NCBI GenBank assembly: GCA_943353835.1
Contig: CALRBA010000001.1
Span: 17,497-81,496 of the forward strand
From: Candidatus Nomurabacteria bacterium
Lineage (GTDB): Bacteria > Patescibacteriota > Minisyncoccia > Phycocordibacterales > Phycocordibacteraceae
Direction: 5' to 3'
DNA length: 64,000 nucleotides
This document shows, in pieces, positions 8,867 to 16,966 of the stretch. The notes beneath the pieces were generated by a model, which had not been told where the DNA came from, did not search any database, and was given only the letters and a program-made list of their open reading frames with translations. The translations under genes and the position numbers were made by a program. Each line of letters begins with the position of its first letter. Position 1 is the stretch's first letter.

Positions 8867-9199
8867 CTAGTGCGTTAGTGTTAAAAATAATCCTTTCAGG
8901 ATTTCTCGCAGCTCTTCTCCAGAAATACGTCCAATATTTTTCGTGAGTCGCTTTTTGGACAAAGCGCGAATTTGAAATGGTATCGCTTCCGAATTTTTTG
9001 TTAGTCCGTTTGTTTTATTTGCAAGCAACATAACGCAGGTTGGATACGATTTTACTTTAGAAGTGACGGGGACAACGACGACAATTGGTAGCGTGTCATT
9101 AAGAGTATCGCCGGAAACAATCACAACTGGTCTTTTACCAGACTGCTCGGACCCTTTAGTAGGATTAAGATTAGCAAACCATATTTCGCCTTGGCGCAT
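8867..9199 (-). CDS. mazF: Type II toxin, MazF/PemK family mRNA interferase
   Basis: MRQGEIWFANLNPTKGSEQSGKRPVVIVS is the hallmark PemK/MazF N-terminus; 110 aa. Confidence 0.8.
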   Translation of the reverse strand: MRQGEIWFANLNPTKGSEQSGKRPVVIVSGDTLNDTLPIVVVVPVTSKVKSYPTCVMLLANKTNGLTKNSEAIPFQIRALSKKRLTKNIGRISGEELREILKGLFLTLTH

Positions 9200-9204
9200 C
9201 TTTA

Positions 9205-9447
9205 TTAGCGACTGACGAGCCGTTGATAATCATCCATACCCCATTCAACCATCTCAAGTATATCCGCATCGCGCGCCGCTCGCGCGAACCCTTCCTTAAG
9301 GATATTTTTCATAGTGTCACGCTGGTATCTTTTTAAAGCTTCTTCTAGGACTGAGCGGCGCGTTCGTTTCTGGGTTCGTGCGCTTCTGTCAACCCAAGCG
9401 ATAAGCTCTGGTGAAATGGTGCTGGTAAATGAAGCGGTGGTTTTCAT
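9205..9447 (-). CDS. mazE: Antitoxin (ribbon-helix-helix-like), partner of mazF
   Basis: 80-aa basic protein immediately upstream of mazF with a 5-nt gap; RHH-like SPELIAWVDRSA segment. Confidence 0.6.
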   Translation of the reverse strand: MKTTASFTSTISPELIAWVDRSARTQKRTRRSVLEEALKRYQRDTMKNILKEGFARAARDADILEMVEWGMDDYQRLVSR

Positions 9448-9516
9448 ATGTCTGATTATACGTATAATAGCATCATAGGGACATAGTGCAAGAGTTTCTG
9501 CTACTATGACAGCAAT

Positions 9517-9589
9517 GCACCCTTAGCTCAGTTGGTAGAGCAACGCATTTACACTGCGAAGGTCGTAGGTTCGAGTCCTACAGGGTGCA
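9517..9589 (+). tRNA. tRNA-Val (anticodon TAC)
   Basis: Acceptor GCACCCT/AGGGTGC, anticodon loop TTTACAC, T-arm GTAGG-TTCGAGT-CCTAC. Confidence 0.75.
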
Positions 9590-9628
9590 CTTGAAACCGA
9601 AAAGCATGTTATACAGGTTGATACATAT

Positions 9629-10300
9629 ATGAACGTTGAATGCGTTGGGATTATTCTGGACGGTAATCGCCGATGGGCGAAGGAAAACGGCGTATCAAAA
9701 CTGGAAGGGCATCGTGCGGGAATGGAGACATTGAAGAAGACCGTGCGATTTGTGCGTGATAATAGTATCAAACATCTCATAGTCTATGCGTTTTCAACGG
9801 AGAACTGGAATCGCGATACAGATGAAGTGTCATATCTTATGGACCTATTCCGCGAAGCGATACAGAAGGAGATGAGTGAATTGGGAAAAGAAAACGTTCG
9901 CGTACGCTTCATTGGTCAGCGTGAACGTTTCTCAGAAGATTTGCAAAAATCAATGAATATTACTGAAAAAGAAACAGTAAAGAACGAAGCGATAACATTG
10001 TGGATATGTCTCTCGTATGGCGGGAGAGCAGAGATAGTCGCGGCGGCGAATGCCGCCGCCGAGAAAAGTGTTTTGATAACTGAAGAATTATTGGCGAAAA
10101 ATTTGTGGACTTCGGAAATGCCAGACCCTGACATCATAATCCGCACCGGCGGAGAAAAAAGACTTTCCAATTTTCTACTCTGGCAATCTGCCTACAGCGA
10201 ACTCTTTTTTACCGATACGCTTTGTCCTGACTTCAACAAAGAAGAGTTTAATTCCATTCTCGCAGAATTCGCGTCTCGCGAGCGCCGTAACGGTAAATAA
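9629..10300 (+). CDS. uppS: Undecaprenyl diphosphate synthase
   Basis: GIILDGNRRWAKENG and RFIGQRE motifs of cis-prenyltransferases. Confidence 0.85.
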   Translation: MNVECVGIILDGNRRWAKENGVSKLEGHRAGMETLKKTVRFVRDNSIKHLIVYAFSTENWNRDTDEVSYLMDLFREAIQKEMSELGKENVRVRFIGQRERFSEDLQKSMNITEKETVKNEAITLWICLSYGGRAEIVAAANAAAEKSVLITEELLAKNLWTSEMPDPDIIIRTGGEKRLSNFLLWQSAYSELFFTDTLCPDFNKEEFNSILAEFASRERRNGK

Positions 10301-10302
10301 TA

Positions 10303-11040
10303 ATGGAACTCCAGATACTTTACGAAGATGCAGATGTGGTAGCAGTAGCGAAGCCAGCCGGACTGATTACGCATTCTGACGGGAGGACGAAAGAAGAAAC
10401 AGCAGAGGATTGGTTCAAAGAGAAATATGAGGGAGGGCTTGCCTCGCCGAAGCCATGCGGAGGCGGGTATGTGCATAGATTGGACCGTGATACCTCCGGC
10501 GTTCTAGTCTTCGCCAAGAACGCGTCGGCGTATGAATTCTTGCGCAAAGCATTTCACAATAGAGACATACAGAAAACTTATATAGCAATTGTCTATGGCG
10601 TTCCAAAAGCGAAAAAAGGCGTTATAGATTTTGACATTGGTCGCTCGCGCCAAGACTTCAGGCTCCGGAGCGCCCAACCGAAGGCGAAGGGCCGTCTTCG
10701 CGACGCGCTTACGCGTTATGAAGTAATAGGAGAAGTGGAAGGTTACGCGCTTATGAGGTTGAATCCGGAGACTGGCAGAACGCATCAGATTCGCGTGCAT
10801 CTGAAGGCCATTCATCACCCAATTGTTTGTGATTCTCTGTATGCTCCCGGTTTGTCCAAGAGCAAAGCGATTGGAAACAAACCGCAGTCCCTTGGGACGC
10901 CGAATCTAGGTCTCTCACGCCTCGCATTACATGCGAGTACGCTCAACATTCCACTCCCGAGTGGAGGTAGGACCACAATCGAGGCGCCAATACCAGAAGA
11001 TCTGTCGGTAGCACTCGCACATTTCCCTACAGCGTGTTAG
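10303..11040 (+). CDS. RluA-family pseudouridine synthase
   Basis: HRLDRDTSGVLVFAKN catalytic-Asp motif. Confidence 0.8.
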   Translation: MELQILYEDADVVAVAKPAGLITHSDGRTKEETAEDWFKEKYEGGLASPKPCGGGYVHRLDRDTSGVLVFAKNASAYEFLRKAFHNRDIQKTYIAIVYGVPKAKKGVIDFDIGRSRQDFRLRSAQPKAKGRLRDALTRYEVIGEVEGYALMRLNPETGRTHQIRVHLKAIHHPIVCDSLYAPGLSKSKAIGNKPQSLGTPNLGLSRLALHASTLNIPLPSGGRTTIEAPIPEDLSVALAHFPTAC

Positions 11041-11055
11041 AGTGTCGCGACACAT

Positions 11056-11559
11056 ATGAGAGTCATAACTACTGTCAATATAGAAGGGCGCGCGAAGCTC
11101 GGGATACGCCCTGGCGATACTGTGCGCGTCATTCAGAATATTGTTGAACTTAAGAAAGATCGCGGTACCGATAAGAAGGAAAAAACGATTAAGAATGCCC
11201 GTAAGCAGGCATTTGAAGGTCTCGTTCTTGCGGTCAAACACGGCGCCGAAGCAGGGGCGACTTTTACCGTCCGCGCGACTCTCTCTGGAGTCGGAGTGGA
11301 GAAGACATTTCCGCTCTATTCCCCGGTTATTGATTCAATTGAAATAGTAAAGCGCTCCAAAGTCCGTCGCGCGAAGCTCTACTTCATCCGTGAGAAGGCG
11401 GCCAAGGCGGTCCGCCGTCAGCTACGTAACGCACGCATGATGCATTTGAAGAGCGATGAAGCTGTCGCTGTTCCCGAGGAAATTGCAGCTCCGACGTCTG
11501 AAGTCGGAGCCCCGACCGAAAGCGTCGGGGAAGAGAAAAAAGAAGAAGCTGTAGTATAG
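11056..11559 (+). CDS. rplS: 50S ribosomal protein L19 with a ~50-aa C-terminal extension
   Basis: RPGDTVRV...AFEGLVLAVKHG...TFTVR...GVEKTFPLYSPVIDSIEIVKRSKVRRAKLYFIRE matches L19. The C-terminal tail contains the palindromic repeat at 11487-11540. Confidence 0.8.
   Translation: MRVITTVNIEGRAKLGIRPGDTVRVIQNIVELKKDRGTDKKEKTIKNARKQAFEGLVLAVKHGAEAGATFTVRATLSGVGVEKTFPLYSPVIDSIEIVKRSKVRRAKLYFIREKAAKAVRRQLRNARMMHLKSDEAVAVPEEIAAPTSEVGAPTESVGEEKKEEAVV
11487..11540 (+). repeat. Copy 2 of the ~52-nt double-hairpin palindromic element, in-frame in the rplS 3' extension (translates AAPTSEVGAPTESVGEEKK)
   Basis: ctccgacgtctgaagtcggag + ccccgaccgaaagcgtcgggg + aagagaaaaaag; the stems carry compensatory swaps relative to copy 1. 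Confidence 0.7.
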
Positions 11560-11580
11560 TGTTCCAACCTGCCCGGGTGG

Positions 11581-11662
11581 CGTAATTGGTAAACGCGTAA
11601 GATTGAGGTTCTTATGTCGCAAGACGTGGAGGTTCAAGTCCTCTCCCGGGCACAAAATATCA
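11581..11662 (+). tRNA. tRNA-Leu (anticodon GAG)
   Basis: Acceptor GCCCGGG/CCCGGGC, anticodon stem TAAGA/TCTTA with loop TTGAGGT, long variable arm. Confidence 0.75.
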
Positions 11663-11814
11663 AGAAAATACGGACTAACAAGGGGTAATGGGGACAGCCA
11701 CCATTGTTTCGTAAATAGTGTGGTATAATTTAATACATGCTACGGAGTGAAAGGTACCCTTTTTAATTTTCATGAAAAGTTTTGAAATTGATAAAAGAAG
11801 TCTTGAAATAGTAT

Positions 11815-11852
11815 AAAAAAACTCCCTTGACTGCACATGCAGTCAAGGGAGA
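11815..11852 (-). terminator. Intrinsic terminator for the minus-strand CDF gene
   Basis: Near-perfect palindrome cccttgactgca..tgcagtcaaggg followed on the minus strand by a T-run. Confidence 0.5.
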
Positions 11853-11900
11853 AGGCCTCGCTCCGAGAGGGGAGGAGAGCGAGAGAAGGGACTAAAACAA

Positions 11901-12536
11901 TCAGTCATCCAGTATTTCAAGGAACAAGACAACGGCGATGCTAATCATAGCAGGAGCTGCGATTAACGAAAGCACGGCATCTGCCCGTACCCACCCGAAG
12001 AGCCATCCGGTCAATCCCGAGATGACAACGATTCCGGAAAGTCCCATATCGCATAAGACATGCAGATTGGCTACTTTGTGAGAATGGCTTTGTTCGTGGC
12101 GAGGGATTTTTGAGAGGACTTTGTAGGCCCAAAAGTTTCCCAACCCGCCGATAAAGCCCACAACCATAAGCCACTCGTTTTTAATGGAGACGGGATTATC
12201 CAACCGTTCAAGCGCTTCGGAAAAGACAGATATCGCTCCGAGGATAAGGATGCCGATACCCGCATACGCGAACCACTTTTTTGCGGTACGGCCATTACTC
12301 CCGCTTGCTCTAATCGCGTAAGTGGCAACCAAGGTGGCTCCGAAGAGTATCAAGAAATCCGAAATACTATGAATAGTGTCGGACTTCAAGGTCGTGCTCG
12401 GCAGAATTTCCAAAACAAGAAAGAGCTGAGCAAAGAATATCGTAAGCGTGATCATGGCGGCTTGCCAAGTGAGCAACGCTTCTTTTTCAAGAACCCCCGG
12501 ATGATGTCCGAGACGGATTATTTTGTAGAGTGGCAT
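11901..12536 (-). CDS. Cation diffusion facilitator family transporter (membrane domain only, no cytoplasmic C-terminal domain)
   Basis: TM2 motif SDTIHSISD and TM5 motif HVLCDMGLS (HxxxD pairs); six TM helices. Confidence 0.65.
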   Translation of the reverse strand: MPLYKIIRLGHHPGVLEKEALLTWQAAMITLTIFFAQLFLVLEILPSTTLKSDTIHSISDFLILFGATLVATYAIRASGSNGRTAKKWFAYAGIGILILGAISVFSEALERLDNPVSIKNEWLMVVGFIGGLGNFWAYKVLSKIPRHEQSHSHKVANLHVLCDMGLSGIVVISGLTGWLFGWVRADAVLSLIAAPAMISIAVVLFLEILDD

Positions 12537-12664
12537 GGCACCCTCCTAGACAAGTCAAAGAAAAGAAATAACTGCTAACTGCGGAGCAGTATAACAAAAA
12601 ATAAGAGGAGAGGGAAGGGAGTTTTTGACTATATAATATACTGCTATACTACAATCACGCCGTT

Positions 12665-12922
12665 ATGACTATTCTGAAGTATTTGACACGAGTCTCTTTT
12701 ATTGGGATTTTTGTTATAGTCGTGCTTTTTTCAAATATCGTCGGCTTTGTGACCGATTGGTGGTGGTTTTCTTCAGTAGGCCATACACAAATCTTCATTA
12801 CCGCTCTGGTCGCTAAACTTGCATTGTTTTCTGGAGTGGGAATTTTTGCGGCAGTTTTTCGGTTGCGCGGTCATATATTTTTTGCGGGGCAGTCTGTATA
12901 TCGCGAGCTTGCAATTGCTTAA
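12665..12922 (+). CDS. Small hypothetical membrane protein
   Basis: Two hydrophobic helices; no other support. Confidence 0.3.
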   Translation: MTILKYLTRVSFIGIFVIVVLFSNIVGFVTDWWWFSSVGHTQIFITALVAKLALFSGVGIFAAVFRLRGHIFFAGQSVYRELAIA

Positions 12923-13154
12923 GCAAATGCGAATAGGGGCTGGTCAGCCCAAATGATTTCCAATCACAGAATACAGGGCTGTTGCCCCCAAACAGAATGC
13001 TATCCAATACGCAGTAGTTTCTAATCCATTACTCCTTTATAATCTTGACTGTAATGGGGTAGGTATTTTGCCGTCTATATACGGTGGCAAAAGAATTACC
13101 GAATTCTTGCTAGGTTCGCGCAACTGATAGAATTCTAGGGTAGTATTGATTGAA

Positions 13155-15866
13155 ATGCCGCCGCAACAAATTTCCTGGCACACAAAGACAGTCCTTCAGA
13201 TTTTCGACACGCTCCGTTCGCGTGAGCACGGCTTGACGAAAGAAGAAGCGATTGAACGTTTCCAAGAATACGGCTCTAATAAACTCCCTGAAGGGAAGGT
13301 GGATAATCTGTTCCTAATTTTCTTACGGCAATTCCAAAGTCCGTTGATTTATATTCTCTTTGTAGCGGCGGGTATTGTTCTTCTGATGGGAGAAACTGTT
13401 GACGCCCTGATCATCTTCGCCGTGCTTCTTTTCAATGCGGTCGTAGGGACCATTCAGGAAGGTAAAGCGCAAAACGCGCTCCTCGCGTTAAAAAAATTCT
13501 CCGAAACCTCGGCTACCGTACTACGAGACGGAAAAGAAATTATCGTCCTTGATACCGAGGTAATGCCAGGGGATATTATTATGTTGCAAGAAGGAGAAAA
13601 AGTTCCAGCAGACGCTCGAATTATTTTTGCCAATACACTGAAAGTTGATGAGGCGAGCCTCACTGGAGAGTCAGAGCCTATAATGAAGACCGATGCAGTA
13701 GTTCCAGCTCGCCTCGTCCCCGACTCGTCGGAGCGGGCTGATACATTGCCGGTAACAGAGCAGAAAAATATGATATTCAAGGGCACGCATGTGTTAAGCG
13801 GGAACGGCACCGCGATTGTTGTCGCCATTGGGTTCGCAACCGAGATTGGTAAGATTGCGCAGGAAATCTCCTCCATTGATACCGAAATTCCTCTGAAAAC
13901 AAATATTCGTTATCTCTCGCGCCTTATTATCGTCGTGGTAGCCGTTATCAATGTCGCGCTGATTGTTATCGGCGTTCTTTCAGGCAAATCGCTTAAAGAG
14001 ATGTTTACCACCGCAGTGGCGCTTTCGGTCTCCATCATCCCCGAAGGGCTCCCTATCGTTATGACGCTTGTTCTGGCAACTGGCGTATGGAGAATGTCAA
14101 AGCGCAACGTATTGGTAAAGCGGCTACAAGCAGTGGAAGCGTTGGGGCAGACGAAAATAATCGCGGTAGATAAGACCGGGACATTGACCAGAAACGAAAT
14201 GTTGCTCCAGCGCGTATACATTGACGGCAAAAATTTTGAAATCACAGGCAACGGGTACGAGCCGAAAGGAGAAGCAATTTTTGACGGTGAAGTCATTAAC
14301 CCCTTGAACCACCCGGAACTGCTTTTCAGCGGGAGGATCGCGGCGTTCTGTGCGAGCGCTCGGCTCTCTTTTTTTGAAGAAACGGGTATGTGGAAGATCG
14401 CGGGAGACCCAACCGAAGCGGCGATACTAGTGTTCTCTGAAAAAATTGGATTCCGCCACGACATGTTAGAAAAGGAAACACCGAAAATCTTTGAACTGCC
14501 GTTCGATTATCGGAGAAAATATCATGCCGTCATTCGCTCCGTTGACGAGAAAAATTTCCTTACTGTCGTCGGCGCACCGGAGAACGTGCTTAGGCTTTGC
14601 AAAAAATCCTGGCACAAGGAAGGAACAAAGACGCTTACCGAGGAAAAGAAAAAAGAGCTAGAGGCGGTATTCCACAGATTCGCGCGCAGCGGCTTCAGAG
14701 TAGTCGCGTACGCCGTCAATCTTGATACCGAACGGGTCGTAGACAAAGAAGCGCTACCTCCGCTCGCGTTCGTCGGGTTCTTCGGCATAAAGGATGCTCT
14801 CCGTGGTGAAGTGAAAGAAGCGATGCAGAGAGTAAGAGAGGCGGGTATGCGTGTGGTGATGATCACGGGCGATCATCGCCTCACTGCGCAGGCAATCGCG
14901 AAAGAGGCGGACATTTGGCGAGAAGGCGATTACATCCTCACCGGAGAAGACATTGATATTATGTCCGACGAGGAACTCGCAGAAAAACTCGCCCGCACCA
15001 CCGTCTTTGCGCGTGTTACTCCGGACCACAAGCTCCGCATCATTCAGGCATATCGCAAACGAGGAGAAATTGTGGCCATGACCGGAGACGGCGTGAATGA
15101 CGCCCCGTCGCTTGTCGCCGCCGACCTTGGCGTGGCAATGGGAAAAATTGGCACCGAGGTGGCGAAGGAGGCCGCTGATATCGTCCTTCTGGACGACAAT
15201 TTCGCCAGCATCGTCTCGGCCGCCGAGGAAGGTCGGAGTATTTATAAGACGGTTAAGAAGGTTCTTACATTCCTTTTCTCTACCAGTATAGGAGAGGTGA
15301 TTAATATCATGGGCGCACTCTTTTTACGTTGGCCGATCCCGCTCCTGCCGTCGCAGATTATCTGGCTCAATTTTGTCACCGGCGGATTCCTGACGGCAGC
15401 CCTTGCTATGGAGCCAAAGGAGCAAGGTCTTCTGCACGGAGCATTTGAAAAACAGAAGAAATGGATTATAGACGGCTTTATGACGCGGCGTATGTTGCTC
15501 TTGGCTCCTGTGATGGGGCTTGGAACGCTCTATCTCTTCAGCCTATATTTTGAAACTGACCTTACCAAAGCCTGGACTATGGCGCTCACGACTATGGCCG
15601 TCTTCCAGTGGTTTAATGCGTGGAATTGCAGGTCGGAGAGTAAATCTATTTTTCAGATGAATCCGTTTTCTAACAGATACCTCGTCGGCGCGACCACTCT
15701 CGTCGTTTTCCTGCAGTTGTTCGCAGTCTATAATCCGTTTATGCAGAAAGTCCTGCACACCACACCACTTTCGTTCTCAGAATGGAGCATACTTGTTTCA
15801 GTCGCCGCGTTAGTCATTTTGGTTGAGGAGATACGTAAATTCTTTTACCGAAGACAGTTAATTTAA
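13155..15866 (+). CDS. Cation-transporting P-type ATPase (P2-type, Ca2+/cation pump-like)
   Basis: DKTGTLT phosphorylation motif, TGDGVNDAPSL hinge, PEGLP motif, and an N-terminal Cation_ATPase_N-like segment. Confidence 0.9.
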   Translation: MPPQQISWHTKTVLQIFDTLRSREHGLTKEEAIERFQEYGSNKLPEGKVDNLFLIFLRQFQSPLIYILFVAAGIVLLMGETVDALIIFAVLLFNAVVGTIQEGKAQNALLALKKFSETSATVLRDGKEIIVLDTEVMPGDIIMLQEGEKVPADARIIFANTLKVDEASLTGESEPIMKTDAVVPARLVPDSSERADTLPVTEQKNMIFKGTHVLSGNGTAIVVAIGFATEIGKIAQEISSIDTEIPLKTNIRYLSRLIIVVVAVINVALIVIGVLSGKSLKEMFTTAVALSVSIIPEGLPIVMTLVLATGVWRMSKRNVLVKRLQAVEALGQTKIIAVDKTGTLTRNEMLLQRVYIDGKNFEITGNGYEPKGEAIFDGEVINPLNHPELLFSGRIAAFCASARLSFFEETGMWKIAGDPTEAAILVFSEKIGFRHDMLEKETPKIFELPFDYRRKYHAVIRSVDEKNFLTVVGAPENVLRLCKKSWHKEGTKTLTEEKKKELEAVFHRFARSGFRVVAYAVNLDTERVVDKEALPPLAFVGFFGIKDALRGEVKEAMQRVREAGMRVVMITGDHRLTAQAIAKEADIWREGDYILTGEDIDIMSDEELAEKLARTTVFARVTPDHKLRIIQAYRKRGEIVAMTGDGVNDAPSLVAADLGVAMGKIGTEVAKEAADIVLLDDNFASIVSAAEEGRSIYKTVKKVLTFLFSTSIGEVINIMGALFLRWPIPLLPSQIIWLNFVTGGFLTAALAMEPKEQGLLHGAFEKQKKWIIDGFMTRRMLLLAPVMGLGTLYLFSLYFETDLTKAWTMALTTMAVFQWFNAWNCRSESKSIFQMNPFSNRYLVGATTLVVFLQLFAVYNPFMQKVLHTTPLSFSEWSILVSVAALVILVEEIRKFFYRRQLI

Positions 15867-15918
15867 AAAGTTCCCTACATAGGCGCGCAAAGTGTATAAT
15901 TATGGCACAAAAGATAAG

Positions 15919-15946
15919 GGCTCGAACAACATGTTGTTCGAGCCCT
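15919..15946. terminator. Bidirectional intrinsic terminator
   Basis: Perfect palindrome ggctcgaacaacatgttgttcgagcc between the convergent ATPase gene and a small minus-strand ORF. Confidence 0.5.
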
Positions 15947-15963
15947 GTTTGGATCAGTGGAGC

Positions 15964-16137
15964 TCAGCGAGCCCCGAAGACCCAGTCCCAGTTAATCGGA
16001 AACATCAGACAGATTACGGCGAATACGAATCCTACCGCAAACCACATCAAATCATTGCGAGTTAAATTGCCTGCAAGCGGAACTCGCTCGCCCCACCAGT
16101 CCCGACGGAACTGGTTAATTCGGTAGTCCTTACTCAT
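15964..16137 (-). CDS. Small membrane peptide (57 aa) not present in the ORF track
   Basis: ATG preceded by GGAGA, hydrophobic core FAVGFVFAVICLMFP, and it ends at the palindrome. Confidence 0.35.
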   Translation of the reverse strand: MSKDYRINQFRRDWWGERVPLAGNLTRNDLMWFAVGFVFAVICLMFPINWDWVFGAR

Positions 16138-16227
16138 TTTTTTCTCCGGTTATGAACCTGTTAGTTAGTATAGCACCATTGCTCTAAAAAGTCAATAGAC
16201 GCTAAAAGTGATGTATAATAAGCCCAT

Positions 16228-16761
16228 ATGCTCTACACCGGCAAAGGGGATAAAGGAACAACGACGACATTTGGCTGTAATCAACAGCGAATATCAAAGT
16301 CGTCTGAATTACCCGAGGCGCTCGGCACGCTGGACGAACTAAATACTTTTATAGGGTTCGTGAAGATGCGCGCGATAGATTCTCCGCGCATTGCGATTAC
16401 GCTACGAAAAGTACAGGAGAATCTTTTCATTATTCAAGCGGAGACGGCAGGGGCAGATAAAAGATTGAAAGATGGTTCAGTAGAAGAGATTGGGAAAATA
16501 GTGAATGATATAGAAAAAGAAATTCCACCGATAAAGGGGTTCTCTATTGCCGGCGGGACGGAACTTTCTGCTCTCTTGGACGTCGCGCGGACGCTCTCGC
16601 GCCGAGCCGAGCGGCGCGTTATTGCGGTGAAAGAGCTTGGCTTGCGTGAACTCACTCCAGAGACGATGGCGTATATGAATCGTCTCTCCTCGCTCCTCTT
16701 CGCGCTCGCGCGCCTCGCCAATCACCTCGCTGGTGTGAAAGAAGAAAATCCGAAGTATTAG
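16228..16761 (+). CDS. PduO-type ATP:cob(I)alamin adenosyltransferase-like protein
   Basis: N-terminal YTGKGDKGTTTTFG signature of the PduO/MMAB family; ~177 aa. Confidence 0.75.
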   Translation: MLYTGKGDKGTTTTFGCNQQRISKSSELPEALGTLDELNTFIGFVKMRAIDSPRIAITLRKVQENLFIIQAETAGADKRLKDGSVEEIGKIVNDIEKEIPPIKGFSIAGGTELSALLDVARTLSRRAERRVIAVKELGLRELTPETMAYMNRLSSLLFALARLANHLAGVKEENPKY

Positions 16762-16800
16762 CGCGCGTCCCGCCAAGGCGGGACGCGCGTATTTCGTGTT
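16762..16800 (+). terminator. Intrinsic terminator (hairpin cgcgtcccgccaaggcgggacgcg + T-rich tail)
   Basis: GC-rich hairpin followed by tatttcgtgttttcg. Confidence 0.55.
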
Positions 16801-16856
16801 TTCGTGTTATAAAAAATATGTGCCCGCCTACGTTAAAACTACGGCGAGGCAAGCGT

Positions 16857-16933
16857 GGTGGTCGTAGCTCAATTGGTAGAGCATCTGCCTGTGGCGCAGA
16901 AGGTTGTGGGATCGTGACCCATCGACCACCCCA
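16857..16933 (+). tRNA. tRNA-His (anticodon GTG) with genomically encoded G-1 and 3' CCA
   Basis: Acceptor GTGGTCG/CGACCAC, extra 5' G opposite C73, anticodon loop CTGTGGC, and CCA present in the DNA. Confidence 0.8.
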
Positions 16934-16966
16934 GCAATTTTTATCGGCGAGTGATATCATTTACGA

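Noticed and set aside
8676-8867. ORFs overlapping tRNA genes (8676..8867 -, 9523..9780 -, 4206..4459 -, 2100..2288 -)
   Set aside because: They are fully explained by well-folded tRNA genes or by antisense reading of rpsT/holA. No SD, odd composition.
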